Assembly (NCBI GenBank): GCA_015069385.1
Contig: SVIS01000002.1
Span: forward strand, 33,480-97,479
DNA from: Clostridiales bacterium
Lineage (GTDB): Bacteria; Bacillota; Clostridia; Christensenellales; UBA1242
Direction of reading: 5' to 3'
DNA: 64,000 bases
Shown: in pieces, positions 9,847-18,443 of the stretch
Layout of the letters: every line of letters starts with the position of its first letter
Position numbering within the stretch: position 1 is the first letter of the stretch
Made by a program: the position numbers and the translations under genes
Notes under the pieces: generated by a model
The model's input: only the letters and a program-made list of their open reading frames with translations
What the model was told of the DNA's origin: nothing
Database searches by the model: none

Positions 9847-10446
9847 ATGAAATACTCTACATATAAATATAAAAAATCAGTTAATAAAGACTGCGAGCAC
9901 GAACTTTTAATTCGAGAAACTGAAAATGGACTTATATTAAAATTTTCTATTACTGATTATACAGATAATAATGTATGGAAAATTCCTCACGTTGTTTGCG
10001 ACAAAAATATTTCAATTTATGCTTTAAATAATGAGGCACTTGCAAAAATTCATTCGAACAGAAACGAAATAATTAAACGCTTTAAATTTGAATTTTTAAA
10101 CAATAATTGGGTTGGAGAAAATTTAAAGGAATATGCTAACACTTTTGACAAAATTAACATTGGACTAAGAACTACTTATTATGATTTCCCACGACCTATT
10201 GCAAATACTATTTGGCCAGTATATGTACATATTAATGGCGAAGACTATTCAAGACATTTTATGGATGTTGACATATTTAAACACAATAAAGTTTCAAAAG
10301 TAGAAGAAATGATTTTTGGTAAATTTGATGATGAAGAAATAAAGCATGCAATTTTCTTTTATAGAGGTGGAATTGATTTATACAAAAAATTAGGACTTGA
10401 AGCAAAACTAAAGCACACTTTAAGTATAAAAGAGATAACAAAGTAA
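9847..10446 (+). CDS. hypothetical protein
   Basis: Long ORF. Start preferred at ATG 9847 (AAGGAAAA upstream). No recognisable motif. Confidence 0.5.
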   Translation: MKYSTYKYKKSVNKDCEHELLIRETENGLILKFSITDYTDNNVWKIPHVVCDKNISIYALNNEALAKIHSNRNEIIKRFKFEFLNNNWVGENLKEYANTFDKINIGLRTTYYDFPRPIANTIWPVYVHINGEDYSRHFMDVDIFKHNKVSKVEEMIFGKFDDEEIKHAIFFYRGGIDLYKKLGLEAKLKHTLSIKEITK

Positions 10447-10452
10447 ATGATA

Positions 10453-10482
10453 AAAGCACACTAAATTTAGTGTGCTTTTAAA
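10453..10482. terminator. bidirectional rho-independent terminator
   Basis: Stem AAAGCACAC / GTGTGCTTT flanked by A- and T-runs, between convergent genes. Confidence 0.75.
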
Positions 10483-10487
10483 AAGTA

Positions 10488-11336
10488 TTAAATTTTTGTT
10501 GTTAATTTTTCATGAGTTATTTTGCACTCAGGTGGAATATTTTCCCAAAGTTCGTTTATATCTCTATCTAAAATATTACCGAGTACGCTTTCTCCTTTAT
10601 GTAGAGGTGGATGCAAAACAACAGTTCCATTACTTCTAATTAAAAAGTGTTTGCCCTTTGCCCATCTAAATACTCTAATATTACTAGAAAAATCGTTATA
10701 TGCTTTTAACAATCTTCTTGCTTCCCTATACCCCACCTGTCTCTTTAATTTTGAGGCTTTTCCATAGGGAATTATTGGAATTAAAACAATTTCATCAACT
10801 GAATATTCCTTTAAGGTATCCAACATTTTGGATAAGTTTTTAATATTATTATCAAATAGCGGAATTTTTACTTGTACCTTAATTTTACTGTCGCATAAAA
10901 GTTTGAGTGACTTTAAAAATTTTTCTTCACTACATGCCTTTGATTGTGTGTTTGCGTGCCAAGCTCTACCCATTCCATAATATGAAATTCTGATTTTTTT
11001 AAAATATTTTTCAATTAATGAAACATTATTTTCATTAATTAATGATGCGTTAGAATCTAATGTTAACTTTGTTTTTTTAGTTTTAATTTGTTTTAATAAA
11101 TTAAATAAATCTTTATATAAAAGTGGTTCTCCACCTGTTATTGTTATACTTTCGATTTTATTTTTGCAAATGGAATCAAAAATTTTCTTCCATGTTTGAA
11201 CTTTAAGTTCAAAATCATTTTTGTTTGCAAAGCAATGCTTGCATCTAAAATTACATCTATCCGTAATTTCAACTATTACCCTTTTGGGTTTTGTAATTAA
11301 ATTTTCCATAATAACCAATAATATTTTTACATACAA
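10488..11336 (-). CDS. radical SAM protein (no SPASM Cys cluster seen)
   Basis: CNFRCKHC (CX3CX2C) near the N-terminus and a GGEPLL SAM-binding motif. The true start may be ATG 11309 (MENLITK). Confidence 0.8.
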   Translation of the reverse strand: MYVKILLVIMENLITKPKRVIVEITDRCNFRCKHCFANKNDFELKVQTWKKIFDSICKNKIESITITGGEPLLYKDLFNLLKQIKTKKTKLTLDSNASLINENNVSLIEKYFKKIRISYYGMGRAWHANTQSKACSEEKFLKSLKLLCDSKIKVQVKIPLFDNNIKNLSKMLDTLKEYSVDEIVLIPIIPYGKASKLKRQVGYREARRLLKAYNDFSSNIRVFRWAKGKHFLIRSNGTVVLHPPLHKGESVLGNILDRDINELWENIPPECKITHEKLTTKI

Positions 11337-11680
11337 TATTTGTTAATAATAAAAATTATTTGTATGTTTGCGTATTAATTTTTTAGAAAATAACTAAAAA
11401 TCAATTGCAAAAATAATACTATTGAACTTTTGTACCTCCTAAAATGAATTTAGCAAAACCTTTATGCGACTTTAAAGTTTGCTATAATTTTTTAAGAGTT
11501 TGGCACTTGTGTTTTTACACACATAAGTATTATAACATACTTTTTTCATTTTGTACCACTTATTTTCACTAATAATCATTTTTCCCTTGATTTTGCGTGC
11601 ATTATATACCAAGCAAAACATTTATCATCACCGCAAAACACTATAAAAACACCTACTATCACTCACAAGGGGTGAACATT

Positions 11681-11714
11681 TGTGGACACGAAAAAAAATT
11701 TAAAAGTGTACACA
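11681..11714. repeat. inverted pair of the GTGTCCACA-type motif
   Basis: TGTGGACAC (11681-11689) and GTGTACACA (11706-11714), separated by an A/T tract. Same motif family as the cluster at 14607-14664. Confidence 0.5.
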
Positions 11715-11742
11715 ATATTAAGCAATTCTATATCAGTTTGTA

Positions 11743-11777
11743 TTAAAAACAGGAACCGATTTTAAAGTTGATTCCTG
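11743..11777 (-). terminator. rho-independent terminator after the DUF3592 gene
   Basis: CAGGAA ... TTCCTG stem (11750-11755, 11772-11777), followed by TTTTT on the minus strand. Confidence 0.6.
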
Positions 11778-11786
11778 CTTTTTATT

Positions 11787-12203
11787 TTAATAATTAGAAC
11801 TCTTTTTTACTTTTACTATAATAATGATTCCCATAATCAAAAATCCTGTTGCTAAACAAATACAAATAAATAGAGGAGTTTGAGGTTCGATTGTTATTTC
11901 ATTTGGATTGTCAACATTGACATAAAAATCTATTTTATCACCCACATTATGAAACGAATCCGAATAATTTAATCTTACATTTTTATATGATTTTCCATTA
12001 TAATTATAATTTACATAAAATGTAAGGTTTGTTTTCATTTCATTATCTTCTTGACTATACACTTCATCTACAATAATTTCAGATATTATTCCTGTGATTT
12101 TTTCGTAATTTTTTGATGCATTATGATTGCCCAAAATTATCCCTACAATCAAAATTACAGCAGCTATTATTATAAATAAAATTCCGCCTAAATATTTTTT
12201 CAT
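11787..12203 (-). CDS. DUF3592-like membrane protein
   Basis: 138 aa. N- and C-terminal TM helices flank a beta-rich core (YVNYNYNGKSYKNVRLNY). Confidence 0.55.
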   Translation of the reverse strand: MKKYLGGILFIIIAAVILIVGIILGNHNASKNYEKITGIISEIIVDEVYSQEDNEMKTNLTFYVNYNYNGKSYKNVRLNYSDSFHNVGDKIDFYVNVDNPNEITIEPQTPLFICICLATGFLIMGIIIIVKVKKSSNY

Positions 12204-12243
12204 AGATTAATCCTTACATAAATTTTCTTTGTAAAATATTTTT

Positions 12244-14223
12244 TTATTTTTTTAACCACAAATCATAACCCTCTTTATCACTTGCTGTTTGTTTAGTGTA
12301 GTCGCTTGCAAGATATATTGAATCAGTAGTATTTAAGCCCGTTTTGATGTAAATTGTAGTTGCATAATATATTAAACGACCAAAAGAGTCATTAGAAGTT
12401 AAGCCGTCAGCAATTGTTGCACTATCAATAATAACCTCATTTAATAAACCGGCATATTCAAAAGCACTTTGCCCAATATCTATTATATTATTTGAAATAT
12501 GAATACTTTTTAATGATTTGCAATTGAAAAAAGATCTATATTCAATTTTAATCACATTGTCTGGAATTTTAATTTCTTCTAATACCAAACAACCCTCAAA
12601 AACTCCTTGATCAATAATATCTAAGTTTGTTGACAATTGTACATTTTTTAATGACTTACAATTACCAAACGCACCGTACCCTATTTCCACAACACTGTTT
12701 GGGATTTCAATATTTTTCAAATCATCACACCAATTAAAAGCACCATTACCAATGCTACTTACACTATTTGGTATTTCAATTTTAGTTAATGAACAGCTTT
12801 GAAAAGAAAACTCACCAATACTAATCACATCATTTGGTATTATGGTATTTTTACATCCCGCAACTAATCTATTTGTCTTTGTTTCAATTATTGCATTGCA
12901 ATTATTTCGGCTATCATATACAGAATTTTTAGCATCTACACTTATGCTGGTCAAATATTCACAAGATGCTAAACCTACATTGCCAATACTTTTAACACTG
13001 CTTGGGATTTTTATCGCAGTTAATGAATTGCAAAGATAAAACGCTGAAGCCCCAATACTTTGCACACTGTTAGGGATTATAATGCTTGTTAAATCATAAC
13101 AACATATAAAAGCATCTTTGCCTATGTCCGTAATTTCAGGGTCTATCACAAGGTCTCCACTTTCATTTCTAAAAAATGAAATAATACCCCCTGAATAACC
13201 TGATACTATGGTAGTTCCATCAAAAGCACCTGGATACTCTTTCTTAATCACTGCCCACGACTTTACACATTCACCATTTTGATATAAGCCTGCAGGCGCA
13301 TTTTGGTCAACATTAAATCTTGCCTCCAAGGTTACATTTCCGCCAATAAAGTCATACTTCTCAATTTCCTTATCAGTGTCAGAAATAAACCAACCAATAA
13401 AGGATTCTTTAAATTCTTCTTTTATTGTTGGCAATTTCGTAATCCACTCAGTAGATTTTACTGTAATTCCCACAGCATAATCATTAAAGCAATCTTTTAA
13501 ACCACCATATTCAAAAAAAACGGTGTATGTTACACAGGTGGCATCTTTTCCATTTTCACCAACTGCCTTATATTCAGTTTTTACAGCGTTCTTATACCAA
13601 TATCCATCAGTTCCTATTGTCCATACATCTGCATCAGTTCCTATTGCTTTGTACTGTGTTTTTTCATCATTTAAATACCAATAGCCGTCAACACCGATTG
13701 TATATTCATAGCCATCTTTCCCATCTTCGCCGATTGCTTTGTTGTTAGTTTTAACACCATTTTTATACCAATAACCATCAGCACCAATAGTCCAAACATC
13801 TGCATTATTACCATTTGTTCCATTTCTAACTACAAATTCATAAGTAGAATTATCGTCAAGAGTTATAATATATGTGGTTTGTGTAGAATTTGTTTTTGTA
13901 GAGTCTGTGCTTGGAGTGATAGATTTTATGCCATTGCCTTTTTCTTCAACATCCCCAACGGCCTTGTGATTTTGCTTTACTCCGTTTTTATACCAATATC
14001 CATCGTTACCGATCGTCCAAACATCAGCGTCATCACCATCTTCGCCTTCCAAATCTGCAACAGCAATTAAATTACTCCAACTTTCACCGTTATAGTATTG
14101 AACATAACCATCTTCAACTTTAAATTGAATGTCTGGCGGTGTTTGTGTACAAGCGCTTAAGCAAAACATTGCAGGAATTATAAAGGAAATGCACAAAATA
14201 AATGTTAAAAATTTCTTTTTCAT
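12244..14223 (-). CDS. surface lipoprotein with DGYWYKNG tandem repeats and BspA-type leucine-rich repeats
   Basis: Start set at MKKKFLTFILCISFIIPAMFCLSAC (lipobox LSAC). Four repeats like DVWTIGxDGYWYKNGVKT. The C-terminal half carries IPNSVxSIGxxAF LRR units. Confidence 0.8.
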   Translation of the reverse strand: MKKKFLTFILCISFIIPAMFCLSACTQTPPDIQFKVEDGYVQYYNGESWSNLIAVADLEGEDGDDADVWTIGNDGYWYKNGVKQNHKAVGDVEEKGNGIKSITPSTDSTKTNSTQTTYIITLDDNSTYEFVVRNGTNGNNADVWTIGADGYWYKNGVKTNNKAIGEDGKDGYEYTIGVDGYWYLNDEKTQYKAIGTDADVWTIGTDGYWYKNAVKTEYKAVGENGKDATCVTYTVFFEYGGLKDCFNDYAVGITVKSTEWITKLPTIKEEFKESFIGWFISDTDKEIEKYDFIGGNVTLEARFNVDQNAPAGLYQNGECVKSWAVIKKEYPGAFDGTTIVSGYSGGIISFFRNESGDLVIDPEITDIGKDAFICCYDLTSIIIPNSVQSIGASAFYLCNSLTAIKIPSSVKSIGNVGLASCEYLTSISVDAKNSVYDSRNNCNAIIETKTNRLVAGCKNTIIPNDVISIGEFSFQSCSLTKIEIPNSVSSIGNGAFNWCDDLKNIEIPNSVVEIGYGAFGNCKSLKNVQLSTNLDIIDQGVFEGCLVLEEIKIPDNVIKIEYRSFFNCKSLKSIHISNNIIDIGQSAFEYAGLLNEVIIDSATIADGLTSNDSFGRLIYYATTIYIKTGLNTTDSIYLASDYTKQTASDKEGYDLWLKK

Positions 14224-14251
14224 ATCATACCCCCTATTACAAATTAGTATA

Positions 14252-14295
14252 GGTGAGATTTCTTCACCTGTCAACCATTTTGGTGAGAAATCTCA
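14252..14295. promoter_or_regulatory. candidate operator pair in the divergent LRR-lipoprotein / XRE promoter region
   Basis: GGTGAGATTTCTTCACC (hairpin-capable) and GGTGAGAAATCTCA, which contains the palindrome TGAGA-AA-TCTCA. The two are 30 nt apart, directly upstream of the XRE gene. Confidence 0.35.
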
Positions 14296-14308
14296 TATAT
14301 TATAAATA

Positions 14309-14509
14309 ATGATTATAGGTGAAAGAATAAAAGAATTACGAAAAGAATTAGGGATTAGCCAACAAACTGTTGCAAAAGCGGTTGGTGTAGACAAACGTGC
14401 TATAATATTTTGGGAGCAGCAGATAAACGAACCAAAAGCATCTTATATTGTTGAATTAGCAAAATTTTTTAATGTTAGCACAGATTATTTATTAGGATTA
14501 GAAAATTAA
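14309..14509 (+). CDS. XRE-family helix-turn-helix transcriptional regulator
   Basis: 66 aa. IKELRKELGISQQTVAKAVGVDKRAIIFWE is a classic Cro/C1 HTH. Confidence 0.85.
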   Translation: MIIGERIKELRKELGISQQTVAKAVGVDKRAIIFWEQQINEPKASYIVELAKFFNVSTDYLLGLEN

Positions 14510-14606
14510 ATGCAATAAAAACGTTATAAAATTAATATCAATTTACATTGGATCAGAGATAAAAAGTGTCGTATGGTGCGAATTTTTTTCTCAAAATTTA
14601 CCAAAA

Positions 14607-14664
14607 GTGTCCACAAGAAAAATTTTTCGTGGACATTTCGTGGACATTTTGGGTCGGTGGACAC
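14607..14664. repeat. cluster of four GTGGACA-core repeats (one inverted, three direct)
   Basis: GTGTCCACA (14607-14615), CGTGGACAT (14628-14636), CGTGGACAT (14639-14647) and GGTGGACAC (14656-14664). The first two form TGTCCAC-N14-GTGGACA. Confidence 0.6.
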
Positions 14665-14681
14665 ATCTAAAAAGTTAAAAA

Positions 14682-14710
14682 GTCCCGCATAATGCGGAAC
14701 TTTTGTTTTT
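14682..14710 (+). terminator. rho-independent terminator
   Basis: GTCCCGCA-TAA-TGCGGAAC stem followed by TTTTGTTTTT. Confidence 0.7.
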
Positions 14711-14804
14711 AAAATCATTCATTTTCATTTTAAAATTATTATAACATATATAAAATAAAAATGCATACTATTTGCATACATTCTTACTAATAAAAATTTT
14801 ATTG

Positions 14805-15104
14805 CTATTCAACAATATTAGGATTAAATATGTTTGGAGCATCATTCGGCATAGTTTCTATATTATGTAAAATCACTAATGCTTCAATATATGAAGTTCC
14901 CATAGTTAATTGCAACATGTCTGTTGAATATTTTTCAAATTCAACATTAGTCTTTTCTCCTGTTTTTAAAAACTTTTCACAAGCATTAAAATATTTATCT
15001 TCAAACCTATAAATCAAAGGTGCATAAACAGCGACCTCAGCATTAGTCATATTTGAATATATCATAAAATTACAATTAAATGTTACAAAATCAATTCTTT
15101 TCAT
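14805..15104 (-). CDS. hypothetical protein
   Basis: 99-aa ORF with GGAGAA RBS, co-oriented 27 nt downstream of the 239-aa ORF. No motif recognised. Confidence 0.45.
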   Translation of the reverse strand: MKRIDFVTFNCNFMIYSNMTNAEVAVYAPLIYRFEDKYFNACEKFLKTGEKTNVEFEKYSTDMLQLTMGTSYIEALVILHNIETMPNDAPNIFNPNIVE

Positions 15105-15131
15105 AATTTTCTCCTTATCTATATATTTTAT

Positions 15132-15851
15132 TTAGTCTAATCTTAATAGTTCATTAAGATATTCAATAATAGTACAAGATACCATTTTTTCAATTACTTC
15201 ATTATAAGTTGTATTTACTCTTATATTCTTCAAAAACAATAAAACTTTTGAACATAATTGCATTTGTTTTATTATTGCAAAATATTTAAACAAAAATCTT
15301 TTTTTTCGTGAATTCTCTTTATATTCGATATTCTTCAAAAACTTTTTAAATTTATTATCTGTTTTTATAAAATTTTTTACTTTTTCAATCAATACTTCAT
15401 ACTCTTGTTTTATTAAAGTAAGATTGCAATAATATTCAAACTTGCTTGATTGTACACATGACAAATATGCTTGTTTATTAAATAATGTTACAATTAAAAA
15501 CTCTTCACTTATTGGTTTTTTAAAAGTAATTTTATTAAACCTTTTATCTAAAATATTATAGCCAATATACTCATTAGTTAATCTATTTTCATAAATAGGA
15601 ATTAAATTAATTTTTGAAAACGATTTTAATAAATATTGAAATTTTACTGATCTGGTTATATTATAAAAACTTTCAAATATTCCATCATTATATATTGAAT
15701 AAAAAACAACATTGACAATATCTTCATCTATTTCTCCGTAAATCGATGCTAATACATCTTTTATACGTTTCGTTGAGGTAAAATAATTTAATAATTCAAT
15801 ATTATTATTATAATTGTCAATTTTCTTATTCTTCTTAATTTCTTTTTTCAT
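15132..15851 (-). CDS. hypothetical protein
   Basis: 239-aa ORF, very AT-rich and Lys/Asn/Ile-rich. No motif recognised. Confidence 0.45.
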   Translation of the reverse strand: MKKEIKKNKKIDNYNNNIELLNYFTSTKRIKDVLASIYGEIDEDIVNVVFYSIYNDGIFESFYNITRSVKFQYLLKSFSKINLIPIYENRLTNEYIGYNILDKRFNKITFKKPISEEFLIVTLFNKQAYLSCVQSSKFEYYCNLTLIKQEYEVLIEKVKNFIKTDNKFKKFLKNIEYKENSRKKRFLFKYFAIIKQMQLCSKVLLFLKNIRVNTTYNEVIEKMVSCTIIEYLNELLRLD

Positions 15852-15942
15852 ATTTTAATTATATCATAAAGGTTTCGCTTTTCAAAGTTTATTTTTACTC
15901 ATTGTTTAAACATCTAAAAAATTCTATCAAATATTTTGGCTA

Positions 15943-15971
15943 TTGACAAATTTGTTATATAGATTTAAAAT
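15943..15971 (+). promoter_or_regulatory. sigma-70-type promoter (TTGACA-17-TAAAAT)
   Basis: TTGACA at 15943-15948, 17-nt spacer, TAAAAT at 15966-15971. The ATG of the next gene is only 7 nt downstream. Confidence 0.55.
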
Positions 15972-15977
15972 ATCAAT

Positions 15978-16436
15978 ATGGAAAATGTAAATGAAAAACT
16001 TAAAAAAGTTTGCTTTTTAGCAAATGTTAGTGATGAAGAAATTATTAATTTTTTAAAAGAATGTGGTTATTCTTTAGACACACAAATTTATTATAAAAGT
16101 GATGGGGCTAGAAAAGCAATTGAAAGAACTTATGATCCTAAAACTCATAAAATAATATTGGAAGTTTGTTGCAAAAAAGATGAAGATGTTTTAATACATA
16201 ATATTTTAATGAACAAATTAGGTCCAGTGTTAAAAGAATTTGTTTATGATTATAATAGCAGGCTTATTTTTATTAAAGACTATGATATTATAGAAATGCA
16301 CCCACATGGTAGTAATGGTATTTTGCAAAATGCATATGCACAATTTATGTATAAAAAATTTGGTGAAAGATATAGAAAAAATTATAATAGAGATATAAAT
16401 AAGCAAAATAAAAAGCAAGATACAGAAAGAGAATAA
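15978..16436 (+). CDS. hypothetical protein
   Basis: 152-aa ORF with no motif recognised. No RBS, and the promoter -10 ends 7 nt before the ATG. Confidence 0.45.
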   Translation: MENVNEKLKKVCFLANVSDEEIINFLKECGYSLDTQIYYKSDGARKAIERTYDPKTHKIILEVCCKKDEDVLIHNILMNKLGPVLKEFVYDYNSRLIFIKDYDIIEMHPHGSNGILQNAYAQFMYKKFGERYRKNYNRDINKQNKKQDTERE

Positions 16437-16440
16437 TTTA

Positions 16441-16469
16441 AAAAGTACCTTAAATAAAGGTACTTTTTT
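16441..16469. terminator. bidirectional rho-independent terminator
   Basis: AAAGTACC / GGTACTTT stem with flanking A/T runs, between convergent genes. Confidence 0.7.
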
Positions 16470-16692
16470 AAAGCAAACCGGCAACATAGTTAATTGCCTC
16501 AACAACATAGTCGTATAAAAAAATATTAATTAATACGCCGCCAACTATTGTACCTATCATAAACATTACAAGGCGGTCTAGTTTTGTTAAACTACCTAAA
16601 ATCCATAATACAGCCATAATTAATGCCACACTTAAAAATAAAACTTTAATAATCAAATTACCATTTTTATAAAAATCAAAAAATTTAGTCAT
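16468..16692 (-). CDS. small membrane protein
   Basis: Two predicted TM helices. Start set at ATG 16692 (AAGGAAAAAA RBS). Confidence 0.45.
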   Translation of the reverse strand: MTKFFDFYKNGNLIIKVLFLSVALIMAVLWILGSLTKLDRLVMFMIGTIVGGVLINIFLYDYVVEAINYVAGLL

Positions 16693-16772
16693 AATTTTTT
16701 CCTTTGCAATAATTTTTAACATATAAGGAAGAATTATAACTAAATTTTTTAAACTATCTTTTTTATTTAAAA

Positions 16773-17930
16773 TTAATCTGCAATTGGTTTTATCCTATCT
16801 GAAGAAATAAGTGAACCAAAAGCTTCAACATATACTTCTAAACTTTCAGCTGGTACATATATATCACAAGATGAATCCAAACCTCCAAATATACTTGTGG
16901 AAAAAGTAGGTACAATTGGAGATTCAAAAGTTATACTAGTGTAACTAGAACCTTGAAACAACATATTATTATAACTACCTTTTAAATCAGTAACAGAATA
17001 AGGTATTACAATTGATGTCACATTTGCCATGCCGCCAAGTCCACAATCCGAGTCGACTGAATTTAAACTATCAGGTAAGTCCAAACTTGTAAGTCCACTA
17101 CATCCATAAAAAACATATGTTGAAATCGCAGTTACGCTGTTTGGAATAGAAATACTAGTTATACCTGTACAACTTGCCACAGGGTTTCCAAAAGCTTCAT
17201 AGGCAATTATTGTAACAGGCAAACCATTTACCAATGATAAAATTTCCACATCACCTGATAAATCATATACCATATCTGTTGCACTAGTTGCTCTTACACT
17301 CCACGCAGTACCCCCACTATTTGGTGTATAAGTTAAGCCCTCTATACTTACGGCTTCAGTTGGTTTTGTATATTTTGTAAAATATGTATTTATGTTTATA
17401 GGGGTTGTAGAAGCAATATTTTTATTTGCATTTAAAACATTTAACGTAATAGTAAATTCAAGTGTGTTGCCATCTGTACCATCTTTTTCTAATATTTGAG
17501 CAACTGTATGTGAACGACTATACATTATATTTTCCATATCATCAACTAAAATAGTTGCAGCAACTTGAAATGCCGATTTGTTTGTTATATTAAGTTTTAT
17601 TACAATTTCGGTTGGTGTACCAGTTGCCATATCACTAAAATATATTTGTCCAATATTTAAAGTATCTTTACTATTTGATAACGATACTTCAGTCGAAGTA
17701 CCATCTGTTGCCTTTAGCGCTACTGCTGTTGTGGTTGCTTCGCCATCGGCAGTGGTTGCATGGCCAACTATTGTTCCTGATACTAACACATTACAGTCAT
17801 GTGCTGTAAAGCCTATTGTTCCTGTGGCAGTGAGTGATGCATTCTTTGCTGCGTAAATACCTATTGCCATGGCGCACACGCACAAGCAGATTGCGGCTAC
17901 GTTTATTAGCCATTTAAAATTCTTTTTCAT
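16773..17930 (-). CDS. secreted/surface protein with BspA-type leucine-rich repeats
   Basis: N-terminal signal-like MKKNFKWLINVAAICLCVCAMAIGIYA. C-terminal IPNSVTAISTYVFYGCSGLTSLDLPDSL LRR units. Confidence 0.75.
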   Translation of the reverse strand: MKKNFKWLINVAAICLCVCAMAIGIYAAKNASLTATGTIGFTAHDCNVLVSGTIVGHATTADGEATTTAVALKATDGTSTEVSLSNSKDTLNIGQIYFSDMATGTPTEIVIKLNITNKSAFQVAATILVDDMENIMYSRSHTVAQILEKDGTDGNTLEFTITLNVLNANKNIASTTPININTYFTKYTKPTEAVSIEGLTYTPNSGGTAWSVRATSATDMVYDLSGDVEILSLVNGLPVTIIAYEAFGNPVASCTGITSISIPNSVTAISTYVFYGCSGLTSLDLPDSLNSVDSDCGLGGMANVTSIVIPYSVTDLKGSYNNMLFQGSSYTSITFESPIVPTFSTSIFGGLDSSCDIYVPAESLEVYVEAFGSLISSDRIKPIAD

Positions 17931-17954
17931 TTTTTTCTCCTTTTTAATGATTTA

Positions 17955-17987
17955 TTTATAGTCTACCCCCCCCCAGCCAATTGTCAA
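17955..17987 (-). promoter_or_regulatory. promoter of the LRR surface protein gene with a G9 homopolymer in the -35/-10 spacer
   Basis: The minus strand reads TTGACA-ATTGGCT-GGGGGGGGG-TAGACTATAAA. The spacer is 16 nt to TAGACT or 21 nt to TATAAA. A GGAG RBS lies before ATG 17930. Confidence 0.5.
17966..17974. repeat. C9/G9 homopolymeric tract
   Basis: Nine consecutive C on the + strand. I found no other G/C run of 7 or more in this AT-rich window. Confidence 0.95.
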
Positions 17988-18077
17988 CTGATTTTTAGTA
18001 TTTAAATAATATTTTTTATATAATTTTTAAAAACACAATCTAAGTTTTTAAAAAAAATTACCTGTATTAAAGGTAAT

Positions 18078-18368
18078 TCACTTTTTCTTTTTAGGTGCAT
18101 TTAAAGCAAAGATATTTGCTTGAATATTATCTTCATAAAGTTCTACTAGTATTATATCATCACCTATTTTACAAATTTGGTTATATGGAATAAAAAGGTG
18201 TTGTGGTTGTTTAAAAAGATTAAACCCTGGTTGATTAATTGGAACAACCAAACCTTTTATTTTTCCGCTTGGAAGGTCAAAGACAATGTCAATTATGTGG
18301 CCGAGTTTTTTACCATCGGTCACATTAATTACTTCTTTACATCTTAACTCTAAAAAAGAACTCTCCAC
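18078..18368 (-). CDS. YlmC/YmxH-family PRC-barrel protein
   Basis: LRCKEVINVTDGKKLGHIIDIVFDLPSGKIKGLVVP matches the YlmC/YmxH pattern. The ORF appears to start with GTG at 18368. Confidence 0.7.
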   Translation of the reverse strand: MESSFLELRCKEVINVTDGKKLGHIIDIVFDLPSGKIKGLVVPINQPGFNLFKQPQHLFIPYNQICKIGDDIILVELYEDNIQANIFALNAPKKKK

Positions 18369-18443
18369 CTATTGCATAATTTATGCAAATAACTTTAAAA
18401 ATGTGCCTTAAAAAAGCAAACAATTAATGTTTGCTAATATTAG

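Noticed and set aside
11472-11549. 25-aa Cys-containing ORF (MKKVCYNTYVCKNTSAKLLKNYSKL) upstream of the orphan radical SAM gene, considered as a RiPP precursor
   Set aside because: It has no RBS and lies about 135 nt or more from the radical SAM start. The sequence GTATGTTATAATAC inside it looks more like the promoter -10 box. Not supportable without expression data.
14607-14664. DnaA-box cluster / replication origin
   Set aside because: The repeats match TTATCCACA at only 6-7 of 9 positions. There is no dnaA, dnaN or AT-rich unwinding element arrangement nearby, and gene orientation does not switch here.
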